A DNA stretch of 54,863 bases from positions 1 through 54,863 of the forward strand of contig JAQGDQ010002398.1 in the NCBI GenBank assembly GCA_030141605.1, read 5' to 3'. The first letter of the stretch is position 1. Each line of letters begins with the position of its first letter. The DNA is from Tubiluchus corallicola (taxonomy: Eukaryota > Animalia > Priapulida). The position numbers were made by a program, and so were the translations under genes. The notes beneath the pieces are model-generated. The model was not told where the DNA came from. It saw only the letters and a list, made by a program, of their open reading frames with translations, and did not search any database. Below, piece after piece: positions 10,473 to 20,881 of this stretch.

Positions 10473-10643
10473 ATGAAACCTTTTAAAATAAATACGACTA
10501 ATGATTTAATTGAATTTTGTTGCGACAAGATAGCAATGAAGATAAAAAAAGACATTAGCATAGAAGAGCTAATGGAAGATTTAGAGAATTCGAAAAAATT
10601 ACTAAAAATAGCACTAAAAATAAAGCGCGAAAATAAAAAATAG
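10473..10643 (+). CDS. Small 56-aa charged hypothetical protein (below the ORF-track cutoff)
   Basis: ATG 10473 to TAG 10643: MKPFKINTTNDLIEFCCDKIAMKIKKDISIEELMEDLENSKKLLKIALKIKRENKK; fills the aroK-lptF gap. Confidence 0.5.
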   Translation: MKPFKINTTNDLIEFCCDKIAMKIKKDISIEELMEDLENSKKLLKIALKIKRENKK

Positions 10644-10672
10644 GGACTTCTGGTTTTGGGTCACTCTTTGCT

Positions 10673-12386
10673 TTATCTTCTTTTTACTAACCGTAAAAAT
10701 TTATTCTTTTTTCGTTTTAGTATAAGAATAAGTGGAAGGACTCTCACTTTTATTATATGGTGAAAGTCAACATCAAAAAGCCTTGTATCTTTGCTTGCAT
10801 GCCATAAGAAAAATAGTCCTACGGGCAATAAAATAATATTTGGCATCCACATAGCCAATGCAGGGTTTATAAAGCCTTGTTTGGCTGATTTTTCAAAGGT
10901 TATACCTATGATATAAAAAAGTATAAAAAGAAAAGTGGAGATTACAATAGGCATGCCCAATCCTCCTCGTTTTACAATTGCTCCCAATGGTGCACCTATC
11001 AAAAACATAACAATGATACTAAAAGCTAAGGAGACTTTTCTATGCTTTTCAATTTGCATTCTGTATAGGTCATATAGCGTTCTATCAATAGTATCATTTC
11101 GTGATTTGACTACATTGTGTAGTGCCCTAACATATGAAACAGCTTTGACATATGTCTCTTTCGTGTTGGTTGATAAGAATAGACTATCTTGAGCTATTTG
11201 TACAGAGTCAGTAGACATTGTTGTTGCCAGATCTATTGAGTCCTGCTTTGTGTTATCTTTATCTGCCATTGGTATCAAAGAATCAATGCTACTATCCCCC
11301 GAAAGACTGTTAGGCAAAAAACTAGCTGCTGCATATTTGATATTAGCTGATGATTTTTTAGCACTTAAAGCGTTGCTATTAAAAGGTTGTGTAGTTGAGT
11401 TGTTTGGTAGCCCACTAATTGCTTTTCGTTGCCAAGGCAAGTTTTTTGCAGTATCATTTACAATCACATTATTGAGATTATACTTTTGTTGTGCTTTAAT
11501 AGCCTTTTGAAGTTTATTTTTTTGCTTTTCTTCTACATTTTTTAATGAATCAATATCTTTTGTTAATTGCCCCATATTTTTCATTAAACGATTATTAGAA
11601 AATAAATTTTTATCTGTACGCTTAAAATCAACTATATCAATTAGGCTGAACACTATTTTCCCTTTTTTGAACTCTGTTCTCACATATGGTAGAGGTGTCT
11701 TATACCTTACTTTTTTGTTTTTTTTATCAACTTGCTCAATGTAAGTTTTTCCATGCTCAAGATTTAACACCAAATATGCTCCATCATATAAATTGTCCAT
11801 TGTCCCCCTTTGAGCTAATGTAAGATTAGTGTTGCCGATATTGTCACTATGATCATATATCATTACGCCTTCCAGTTTGTGCCCTGTATTATCTTTTTTA
11901 TCTATCTTAATTTTATACCCAGGAATGTTGTCATAAAAGAATCCTTCTATAAATTCTGATGCAGGCTTTTTGTTTTTAATATCATACAACAAGCTGTAAG
12001 CCTCTAAATTAGCTTTTGGAACAATATAATTATTACTAAAAAAGGCCAATGTTGCAAGAGCAACAGAAAAAAGAAAGAGAGGTCTTATGGCACGTAATAA
12101 AGATATGCCTGCACTTTTCATGGCAGCTACCTCAAAATGCTCGCCAAGATTCCCAAAGCTCATAATAGATGCCAGCAGCATACCCAAAGCAAAGGCATTA
12201 GGTGTTGTGTTGATGCTAAAATAAAACACTAACCTGCCATATACATCTATTCCTAAGTCTTTTCCTACAATTTCATCAAAATACCCCATAAAAAATTGTA
12301 TGAGTAAAATAGCTATTCCAAAGAAGAAAGTAGCTATGAATGTGCCTAAGAAGGAAAGAAGGACAAGCTTGTCTATTTTTTATCAT
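10673..12386 (-). CDS. LptF/LptG family LPS export permease; the true start is displaced by an A-run frameshift
   Basis: SIMSFGNLGEHFEVAAMKSAGISL and FLIGAPLGAIVKRGGLG. The frame extends upstream of 12289 as KIDKLVLLSFLGTFIATFF, with ATG 12386 out of frame across an A6 run. -7 element TATCTTTG at 12420-12427. Confidence 0.9.
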
Positions 12387-12551
12387 ATAAGTTATATATA
12401 TAGAATAGAACGTCTTTCGCAAAGATAAAAAAAATTAATTAAAATGATTTTTTTGATAAATTTATAAACAGAACAAAAAACATTTTTCTTATGTTTGTTT
12501 ATAACCTTAAAATTTTTGCTAAAAGCAATAAGTTAATAAATTATTGAAATT

Positions 12552-13043
12552 ATGAAAATAGCTATCATTTCAGACATTCATGACAATTTGAGTAAGCTAG
12601 AAGAAATGCTACAATGTTTTGAGAGTCAACAAGTAAGCCAAATCATTTTTTGTGGAGACTTTTGCTCTCCAATTCCTGCCAGAAAGTTAGGAGCATCCTT
12701 AAAGGACATTCATTGTGTTTTTGGAAATGGCGATGGTGATAGAATGGCAATTTGCAATTTGTCTCATACAAAATATAAGAACTTAAAAATACACGGAGAG
12801 TATGCAAACTTGGTTATTGATGGTTTGAAAATAGCAGTTACGCATTATCCTTTTTATGCAGAGGCACTTGCTAAAACTCAAGATTTTGATTTTGTTTTTT
12901 CAGGACATACTCACCAGGCTATGGAAAAACATATTGGCAATTGTGCTTGGATAAATCCTGGAGATGTAATGGGGCTAATAAACAAACCATCCTCAACCAT
13001 TTTGGATACGTTAAGTAAAAAAATTGAGTTTAAAAATTTTTAA
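12552..13043 (+). CDS. YfcE/MJ0936-type metallophosphoesterase
   Basis: Calcineurin-like motifs SDIHDN, GDF, GNGD, TH, GHTH, NPG; -7 element TATGTTTG at 12490-12497. Confidence 0.9.
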   Translation: MKIAIISDIHDNLSKLEEMLQCFESQQVSQIIFCGDFCSPIPARKLGASLKDIHCVFGNGDGDRMAICNLSHTKYKNLKIHGEYANLVIDGLKIAVTHYPFYAEALAKTQDFDFVFSGHTHQAMEKHIGNCAWINPGDVMGLINKPSSTILDTLSKKIEFKNF

Positions 13044-13335
13044 CAATTATATTTCAAAATAGAGAATGTGTATGGCGTTAAAATGAAATCAAAAAATATA
13101 ACAATTTTTTTTGATTGCTTAACTACTAAAATATAGCATTATTGGCATGCATTAAAATCGAAATAGAAAAAAAGTACAATTTTTAATAATTTGCTTTAAG
13201 GAAAAGTTCAACATTCTTGTTTTGTGTGTTGCCTTTGTGTGAGTTAAGAAAAATAAACAAACATTGAATAGAAATAAAAATAATTTTTTTGTCAAAAAAA
13301 GTCGATTTTTTTCTAATAAAAAAGGATAATTTTTT

Positions 13336-13343
13336 TACCTTTG
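13336..13343 (+). promoter_or_regulatory. Candidate -7 element (TACCTTTG) for nrdJ
   Basis: TAnnTTTG match about 220 nt upstream of the start codon. Confidence 0.4.
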
Positions 13344-13566
13344 ATATACTATAGTTAAACGTTAAAACAGGCGCCACCTTTTTAGTCTCACACCTTATTT
13401 TGGTGATGCTTGTATAATAAAGAGAACAATTGAAATAACAAAAAAACACAATTTGCAATGATAACATTTTAACAATATATTTTAGTAACAATTTAACTGT
13501 TTATGGTGTTTAAATGATGTGGTTAAAATAATATAAAATTTTATTACTTGTAAAACATATTATGAT

Positions 13567-15843
13567 ATGCAAAAAATAGTAAACCAAAAACCAGAAGAAA
13601 TAATGAAATCCCTTGCTCCTAAAAAAGTAATAAAAAGAGACGGAAGAATAGTAGATTTTGATGCAGTACGCATTCAAAATGCTATAAAAAAATGCTTTAG
13701 GGGAATTGGAAAGGAAGACATTGACACCGAAAAAATTGTAGAAAAAGTAGTAGGTAGTGTTGCAGCCAAAATACAAAATACTACCTTAGGCGAAACTCCC
13801 ACCGTAGAACAAATACAAGACGTAGTAGAAGTTGTATTGCAGTCTTGTGGAGAATATGAAGCAGCAAAAAGCTATATACTATATAGGGCGGAGCACGCAA
13901 AACTAAGAGAAAAACGCTCTATTCCCGAAGAGATAAAAGAAGCATTTGACAATTCAAATCAATATTTTCCTACGGAGTTACAAAAATTTCAATTTTTTGA
14001 TAAATACTCTCGGTTCGATAATAAAAAGGGAAGAAGAGAAACATGGAAAGAGACAGTAGATAGAGCTGTAGAGTTTCTGCAAGAATTGTCAGATTATAGA
14101 TTAAGACCTTTGACGTATGAGCGAATAAAAAAAGCAATACTTGACATGAAAGTTATGCCTTCCATGCGATTGTTAGCCATGGCAGGAGCAGCAGCAAGAA
14201 GAAATAACATTGCACTATACAATTGCTCTTATATGCCAGTAGACCACATAGACTCTTTTGTAGAGGCGTTAATTATATCTATGGCAGGCTGTGGAGTAGG
14301 TTACTCAGTTGAAAGTGAATATGTAGAAAAATTGCCACGCATTAAACGTAGAAAAGAACATGCCGTTCCAACCCCTTTTATAATAGAAGACTCAAGTGAA
14401 GGCTGGGCAGAAGCCCTAAAAATAGGATTAGAAGCATGGTTCAGTGGGCTTGATGTAGAGTACAATTACTCGCTAGTAAGACCAGCAGGATCAGTGCTGC
14501 GAATTAAAGGAGGGAGATCTTCAGGACCAGAGCCATTGAAGAAAACATTAGATTTTGTACGCGCTAAAATTTTAGCGAGACAAGGCACAACATTGCGATC
14601 AATAGATGCACATGATATTATGTGCTCTATTGGATCAGCAGCAGTGTCAGGAGGTGTGAGACGAACAGCCATGATTGCCTTGTTTGACTATGACGATATG
14701 ACGATGAGGCACTGCAAAGATGGAGATTTTTGGAAAAACAATAGCCAACGGTGGAACGCCAATAACTCCGCAGTTTGGCCATCTAGAGCTTTGTCGCAAG
14801 AAGAAGTGAGCAACTTTATTTTAGATATGGTAAACTCACAAAGAGGAGAACCGGGTATTTTTAATAGACAAGCAGCGGAACAAACCAAACCAAAAAGAAG
14901 AAAAAAAGCAAGATTTGGAACAAACCCTTGTGGAGAAATAATACTAAGACCATTTCAATTTTGTAATCTATCAGTAGCAGTAGCACGCTCAGATGATACT
15001 CTTGAAAGCTTGAAAGAAAAAGTAGAACTTGCAACCATAATAGGCACAATCCAGTCAAAAGCAACGCATTTTCCAGGATTGAGGAGTGAGTGGAAGAAAA
15101 ATTGTGAAGAAGAGAGATTGCTAGGTGTGGACATTAATGGGCAAATGGACTGTTCGCTTGTACAAGATCCAAAAGTACAACAAATATTAAGGCAAGTAGC
15201 AATAGAAACCAACGAAAGAGCAGCAAAAGTATTGGGTATCAACCCGTCAACCTCTATTACATGTGTAAAGCCTTCTGGAAATTCTTCTCAACTGCTTAAC
15301 TGTTCATCTGGTATACATGCTCGATGGTCTAAGCACTATATTAGAAATGTGAGAATAAACACTAATACCCCCATTTATAAAGTGTTAAGTAACGCGGGAG
15401 TTCCTATGGATCCTGAAAATGGACAAACGCGAGAGGGTGCAACAACGTGGGTAGCGCATTTTCCAGTCAAGTCTCCAGATGATGCCATTACCAAGGGACA
15501 AATGACAGCATTAGAGCAATGCAATTATTGGCTACAGTGTAAAGAAAATTACACAGAACATAACCCAAGTGTAACAATTACTTACAAACCTGATGAAGTT
15601 TTTGACATACTAAAGTGGGTATGGACACATCAAAGCAAAATAGGAGGAATGACATTTCTTCCAGCTTTTAATCCTTCATTTAATCAACTTCCATATGAAG
15701 AAATCAATGAAGAGCAATACAATGAACTTGTAAGTAAGTTTCCAGAAATAGACTTTAGTAAGATATATAGGTATGAAGAGGAAGACTATACGACCGTGGC
15801 TCAGGAAGTAGCTTGTTTGGGTGCCAATTGTGACTCTTTATAA
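13567..15843 (+). CDS. nrdJ: Class II (adenosylcobalamin-dependent) ribonucleotide reductase with N-terminal ATP cone
   Basis: ATP cone VIKRDGRIVDFD...VEQIQDVVE...AAKSYILYR; PSMR, YNCS, GCGVGYSV, GGVRRTA, catalytic GTNPCGEI, FCNL, TCVKPSGNSSQL; C-terminal CLGANC; no R2 gene nearby. Confidence 0.92.
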   Translation: MQKIVNQKPEEIMKSLAPKKVIKRDGRIVDFDAVRIQNAIKKCFRGIGKEDIDTEKIVEKVVGSVAAKIQNTTLGETPTVEQIQDVVEVVLQSCGEYEAAKSYILYRAEHAKLREKRSIPEEIKEAFDNSNQYFPTELQKFQFFDKYSRFDNKKGRRETWKETVDRAVEFLQELSDYRLRPLTYERIKKAILDMKVMPSMRLLAMAGAAARRNNIALYNCSYMPVDHIDSFVEALIISMAGCGVGYSVESEYVEKLPRIKRRKEHAVPTPFIIEDSSEGWAEALKIGLEAWFSGLDVEYNYSLVRPAGSVLRIKGGRSSGPEPLKKTLDFVRAKILARQGTTLRSIDAHDIMCSIGSAAVSGGVRRTAMIALFDYDDMTMRHCKDGDFWKNNSQRWNANNSAVWPSRALSQEEVSNFILDMVNSQRGEPGIFNRQAAEQTKPKRRKKARFGTNPCGEIILRPFQFCNLSVAVARSDDTLESLKEKVELATIIGTIQSKATHFPGLRSEWKKNCEEERLLGVDINGQMDCSLVQDPKVQQILRQVAIETNERAAKVLGINPSTSITCVKPSGNSSQLLNCSSGIHARWSKHYIRNVRINTNTPIYKVLSNAGVPMDPENGQTREGATTWVAHFPVKSPDDAITKGQMTALEQCNYWLQCKENYTEHNPSVTITYKPDEVFDILKWVWTHQSKIGGMTFLPAFNPSFNQLPYEEINEEQYNELVSKFPEIDFSKIYRYEEEDYTTVAQEVACLGANCDSL

Positions 15844-15996
15844 AAGTTGTAAAAGCATAGAAAATCCATTAAAGTAAACGAAAAAAGTAGAAAGGAAGAT
15901 TTGTTTTTGAGTTTTGCCCATTTTGAAAAATAAAAAAAGAATTTTAACTTGCAACAAAAATTTAAAAACAGCTTTAAAACATAAACTTTACAAAGT

Positions 15997-17271
15997 ATGG
16001 GAAATATAAAAAAAGTTATTATTGGACAATCAGGAGGCCCAACCCCTGTAATTGATTGGGAAGTAGCAGGAGCATTAGACGCAGCACAGAAAAACGGAAT
16101 TCAAATGTTAGGCGCTATTAATGGACTAGAAGGAGTGCTATACTGTGAAAGATCGCAAAACATTGTAGATTTGTCAAGTGTAGGTCCTATTGAATTTATC
16201 CACAATGGCCCAGGCTCAGGATTAGGCACGACCAGAATAAAGCCTACCGAAAATGAATACAAGCAAATTGCCTCCAATTTAAAAAAATTAGGCATTGATG
16301 CTATTATTTACATAGGAGGTAACGACTCCTCTGACCAACTTAAAGGGTTGACACAATTTACAGATGTTAAGGCTATACATGCTATAAAAACCATAGACAA
16401 TGATTTGCCCGTTACTCACCACTGCCCAGGGTTTGGTTCAGCAGCTCTTTATAATGCGACAACATTGAAAAACGTGCATAAAGACTTTTCATCTTATAAA
16501 GTGAAAGGCGATATAGGAGGAGGAAAGCAAGGTTTTGTACATGCCCCTATAGTAGTGTATCAAGTAATGGGAAGAAAAGCAGGTTGGTTGGCACAAGCGT
16601 CAGCATTTGCAAAAGTTAATCCCGCAGGGCAAATTATTGAAGAAGCCCCGCCACACATTGTTCTTTCCAAAGAAAATTTCTTTAATAAAGAAAAATTTCT
16701 TGGCGACCTATCTAACGTTATCACTAAATATGGAGAGGCAGTAATAGTTGTACAAGAAGACCTAACTGATGAAAAAACAAAAAAATCTATTGCAGAACTA
16801 TATGGCAATGTAGATCTTGATCCACATTCCAATATTCAGCACGGTAGAGCAGGTTCGTTTTCCCCAGCAGTTTTTTTAGCGCAGTTGGCTGTCAAAGAAT
16901 TAAAAATAGATGCTGTGGCAAAAAAAGTGAAAGAGGCAGTATTGGTTCCACAACACATACAACGTAGTCATAGTATTGCATTACCTGACGCTTCGGAAGC
17001 GTATAAGGTAGGAATGAAAGCCATGCAAGCGTTGATTGATGGAGAAAACAAAAAATCAGTAGTACTGCTAAAAGATAAATTGGGAAGAATAACTACAGGT
17101 TTGACAGAACTTGACAACATAGCTCGAAAAGAAGTAGACGTAGATGGCAAGTATATTAATGGATATTTGGGACCTACACAAGAGTTTATAGATGAATATT
17201 TACCTTGTATAGGAGGGGCGACAGCACTACCTCATCACTCTCAAATAAAATTTCGCTATTATAACGTATAA
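15997..17271 (+). CDS. pfp: Phosphofructokinase A family, probably PPi-dependent
   Basis: GQSGGPTPVI, IGGNDS (Asp at the phosphoryl-donor position), KTIDNDL (Lys), MGRKAGWLA. Confidence 0.85.
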   Translation: MGNIKKVIIGQSGGPTPVIDWEVAGALDAAQKNGIQMLGAINGLEGVLYCERSQNIVDLSSVGPIEFIHNGPGSGLGTTRIKPTENEYKQIASNLKKLGIDAIIYIGGNDSSDQLKGLTQFTDVKAIHAIKTIDNDLPVTHHCPGFGSAALYNATTLKNVHKDFSSYKVKGDIGGGKQGFVHAPIVVYQVMGRKAGWLAQASAFAKVNPAGQIIEEAPPHIVLSKENFFNKEKFLGDLSNVITKYGEAVIVVQEDLTDEKTKKSIAELYGNVDLDPHSNIQHGRAGSFSPAVFLAQLAVKELKIDAVAKKVKEAVLVPQHIQRSHSIALPDASEAYKVGMKAMQALIDGENKKSVVLLKDKLGRITTGLTELDNIARKEVDVDGKYINGYLGPTQEFIDEYLPCIGGATALPHHSQIKFRYYNV

Positions 17272-17289
17272 TACAAATTTTAGGATAAC

Positions 17290-17321
17290 AAAAAGGGAGA
17301 AAGACACTTTCTCCCTTTTTT
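17290..17321 (+). terminator. Intrinsic terminator after pfp
   Basis: AAAAAGGGAGAAAG-ACA-CTTTCTCCCTTTTTT perfect hairpin with A and T tails. Confidence 0.85.
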
Positions 17322-17425
17322 ATTTCAATACACATCCAAAGTCTTTTTTTAATAGAAAAACCATTTTAGAATAAAAAACTATTTTGTAAATTGCTGTCAA
17401 AATATAATTTTTTGATTATACATAT

Positions 17426-18501
17426 ATGAGTAAAAAGACTATTCTTATAATATTTGGTGGAAAATCGGTAGAACATGAAATCTCCATTCAGTCTGCAAAA
17501 AACATAGAAAAAAATATAGACAAAAGTAAATTTGCTCTTATATTCATATATATCAACAAAGAAAACAAATGGTATTGGGCAGATAGTGTACAGCAAAATG
17601 TATCATCCAAATCTGAAGTAACTATTCAATTTTCACCCTATAGAGCAAAACTTATTAGGCAAAATAATGTCATCACCCCAGAGGTTATTTTCCCAGTGCT
17701 TCATGGAACGGGTGGAGAAGATGGAAGCATTCAGGGCTTGTTTAACCTTTTGGGATATCCCATAATAGGTTGCAATGTATTAGGCTCCGCTATCAATATG
17801 GATAAAATAATCTCAAAACAAATACTAGAATATAATGGCATACCTACTGCCAAGTTTGTTACTTTTACCATAGAAGAACAAAATAAAATCTCTTATCAAA
17901 AAGTTGTTAGCAGCTGACGTTGCCATTTATGGTAAAGTCCAGCAATTTAGGTTCTTCTGTAGGAATTTCAAAAGTACATAACGAACAAGAATTTGAATTG
18001 GCAATAAAAGATTGTTTTAAATATAGCAATGAAATATTATGTGAACAGTATATAGAAGGTAGAGAGTTGGAGTGTGCTGTCATGGGCAATGAAAACCCTA
18101 AAACAACGCGATTAGGAGAAATTATCATTAATAAAAAAGAGTATGAATGGTATGATTATAAAGCTAAGTATATAGACCAAGATGCTGTTATGACAAAAGT
18201 GCCAGCGCTGTTGAGTAAAGATATTGAACGAAAAATACAACAACTTTGCATTAAGTCTTATAAAGTATTGAAGTGTTGTGATTTTGCAAGAGTGGATGCC
18301 TTTTTAGATGTTAATGATAACATTATTATAAATGAAATAAACACTATTCCTGGATTTACAGAAATTAGCATGTTTCCTATGTTATGGCAACACGAAGGGT
18401 TAGCATATAGCGAAATAATAACAACACTTATTGAGCTGTGTTTGCAACGATATAAAAAAGAGCAAAAATTAACTACAAGTTTTACAGAAAAAAGTCCTTA
18501 A
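17426..18501 (+). CDS. ddl: D-alanine--D-alanine ligase (1-nt frameshift near 17905-17910)
   Basis: FGGKSVEHEISIQSA, FPVLHGTGGEDG, GSSVGISKV, EGRELECAV, YDYKAKY, NEINTIPGFT. The two ORFs join by adding one base before CAG CTG ACG TTG CCA. Confidence 0.93.
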
Positions 18502-18524
18502 AGAACAATTAAAGCATAATCACC

Positions 18525-20756
18525 ATGCACGCATCTCTTGCTTATACTCAAGAAGAAAAAAAAGAAATTGTTAACCAGTATAGAAAACTATTACGGCTAC
18601 TTCAACCTGCACTAAATAACAAAAAGGAAGAAAAAAGTAGATATGTAAAAACTTTGCGAAGAGCCTTTAATTTAGCTTTTGAGTCTCATATGGGAATAAA
18701 GCGACAATCAGGCGAACCATACATTATACATCCTATTGCAGTTGCTACAATATGCGTGCAGGAAATGGGTCTTGGAATAACCTCTGCTATTTGTGCCCTA
18801 CTGCATGATGTAGTGGAAGATACAGGAGTAGAAATAAAAGATATTCACCAACAGTTTGGGCATAAAATTTCCAAGATCATTGATGGATTGACAAAAATTT
18901 CAGGATTGACAGGCCCTAAAACTTTTATTCAGGTAGAGAATTATAGAAAAATGTTGTTAACACTGTCGGAAGATATAAGGGTAATATTAGTGAAATTAGC
19001 CGATAGACTGCACAACATGAGGACATTAGGGCATGTGTCAAAAGAGAAAAAATTTAGAATATCCTCAGAAACCTCTTACATATACGCTCCTTTAGCTCAC
19101 AGAATGGGTTTATATTCCATAAAAACAGAGATGGAAGACCTCTATTTAAAATATACCAAAGAAGAGGATTATGCATTAATCAAGAAAAAATTAGAAAAAA
19201 CAAGTGTTGCACGGGAGAGATTTATTAAAAATTTTATTTATCCTATCAAAAAGCGCCTAAAAGAGAAGAATTTTAAATCTACTATCAAAGGACGTTTAAA
19301 GTCTGTTAATTCTATTTGGAATAAAATAAAAAAACAAAACGTTGATTTTGAGGATATTTATGATGTGTTTGCAATAAGAATAATTTTAGATGTTTCACGA
19401 GAAGAAGAAAAAGCGATTTGTTGGGCAGTGTACTCAACGGTTACAGATTTTTACCATCCCAATCCAGATAGGCTTAGAGATTGGATTAGCAGCCCGAAAC
19501 AAAATGGTTATGAATCTTTGCACGCTACGGTTATGAGCAAGACTGGCAGGTGGGTGGAAGTGCAGATTAGAAGTAAAAGAATGGATGAAGTGGCCGAAAA
19601 GGGATATGCTGCACATTGGAAATATAAAGAAGGAAAAACTAAGGGGGATGAAAGGTTAGAAGACTGGATAAGTGAAGTAAGGGGAGTATTAGAACAAAAA
19701 GATGCAGGCTCTATTGAGCTAATAGATGATATAAAGGCTAATTTTTTTGCTGAAGATATTTTTGTGTTTACGCCCCAAGGCGATTTACGGCGTTTACCTC
19801 AGAATGCTACGATGTTAGATTTTGCTTTTAACATACATTCTGATGTAGGAAAGCACTGCATAGGAGGAAAAGTGAACTACAAGCTGGTGCCCATCCATCA
19901 TAAACTAAAAACAGGAGATCAAATTGAGGTTATTACATCTCAAAAGCAGAAACCAACTAATGATTGGTTAAAAATTGTTGTTTCTTCGCGTGCTAGAAAT
20001 AAAATCAAAGATGCATTGAAGGAAGAGAAAAAAGAGGCTGCATTGGAAGGGAAAGAAATTATAAAGAGAAAGTTTAAACATTTCAAAATAGAATTTTCAC
20101 AAGGAAATATAGAAAAACTACTTGAATATTATGATTTTAAGAGTCATTTAGATTTATATTACTCTGTAGGGAACAGTGACATAGACGTTAAGAAATTCAA
20201 GCAAATTTTTAATGATGTCAGTAATGCGCCATTAAAAAAGATAACTACCGGTATTAATGCAAGAAAAGAAAAAAAAGAGACTAAAAGCTTGGATAATGCA
20301 TTAATAATTGGCAATAATTTGAGCGATGTACCATATGTTTTTGCTACATGCTGCCAACCGTTGCCAGGAGAAGATGTGTTTGGGTTTATTGCACAAGGAG
20401 TTATTAAAATACATAGAGTAAACTGTAAAAACTCTGCAGAGTTGCACTCTAAACATATGCATAAAATCATAAAGGCTCGTTGGGCGTCTGATGCCGAAGT
20501 GACACTTGATGTAGAATTGGAGCTTGAAGGTGTTGATAGACGGGGGGTTATATCTGATGTTACGGAAGTTATTACAAAAGAGGAACTTGTAAATATTCGA
20601 TCATTTAACACTTCATCAAGAAATAATTTGTTTAAAGGAAAAATAGTACTTTGTGTAAGGAATAAATATCAATTAGATGGAATTATTCAGAAGTTACTAC
20701 AAATAAAAGGCATTAATAAAGTCTTTAGAACAGAATTAGATACTCCGCAAGAGTAA
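18525..20756 (+). CDS. rel: Bifunctional (p)ppGpp synthetase/hydrolase, long RSH
   Basis: HD domain (SGEPYIIHP, LLHDVVED), synthetase (GYESLH, EVQIR, YAAHWKYKE), TGS, CC and ACT domains. Confidence 0.95.
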   Translation: MHASLAYTQEEKKEIVNQYRKLLRLLQPALNNKKEEKSRYVKTLRRAFNLAFESHMGIKRQSGEPYIIHPIAVATICVQEMGLGITSAICALLHDVVEDTGVEIKDIHQQFGHKISKIIDGLTKISGLTGPKTFIQVENYRKMLLTLSEDIRVILVKLADRLHNMRTLGHVSKEKKFRISSETSYIYAPLAHRMGLYSIKTEMEDLYLKYTKEEDYALIKKKLEKTSVARERFIKNFIYPIKKRLKEKNFKSTIKGRLKSVNSIWNKIKKQNVDFEDIYDVFAIRIILDVSREEEKAICWAVYSTVTDFYHPNPDRLRDWISSPKQNGYESLHATVMSKTGRWVEVQIRSKRMDEVAEKGYAAHWKYKEGKTKGDERLEDWISEVRGVLEQKDAGSIELIDDIKANFFAEDIFVFTPQGDLRRLPQNATMLDFAFNIHSDVGKHCIGGKVNYKLVPIHHKLKTGDQIEVITSQKQKPTNDWLKIVVSSRARNKIKDALKEEKKEAALEGKEIIKRKFKHFKIEFSQGNIEKLLEYYDFKSHLDLYYSVGNSDIDVKKFKQIFNDVSNAPLKKITTGINARKEKKETKSLDNALIIGNNLSDVPYVFATCCQPLPGEDVFGFIAQGVIKIHRVNCKNSAELHSKHMHKIIKARWASDAEVTLDVELELEGVDRRGVISDVTEVITKEELVNIRSFNTSSRNNLFKGKIVLCVRNKYQLDGIIQKLLQIKGINKVFRTELDTPQE

Positions 20757-20821
20757 AACAAACATATGCCTATTTCACTACCCTGTATTTAGTATTTTAT
20801 GGTGGAATTTGATGCCTTCAC

Positions 20822-20852
20822 TTTGTAAGTGTCTGTGATTTTATTACTTTTG
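20822..20852 (+). promoter_or_regulatory. Bacteroidota promoter for the GT2 gene
   Basis: TTTG at 20822-20825 and TACTTTTG at 20845-20852, 19-nt spacer. Confidence 0.6.
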
Positions 20853-20881
20853 CAAGTAGACTAAGAATTGAATCCTTATGT

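Noticed and set aside
13183-13491. 102-aa minus-strand ORF upstream of nrdJ
   Set aside because: Low-complexity F/K/I translation of AT-rich intergenic DNA with no recognisable features.
13340-13566. Cobalamin riboswitch or NrdR box upstream of nrdJ
   Set aside because: No B12-box or GGGAA/GCCACTG core. CAATATATTT near 13473 only partly matches the NrdR box, and Bacteroidota generally lack NrdR.
13567-15843. Intein or intron in nrdJ
   Set aside because: The catalytic motifs are contiguous and the length is normal; no splicing or homing-endonuclease motifs.
17426-18501. Calling ddl and the other split genes pseudogenes
   Set aside because: Each has a single lesion with intact motifs and several are essential, so assembly error is more parsimonious.
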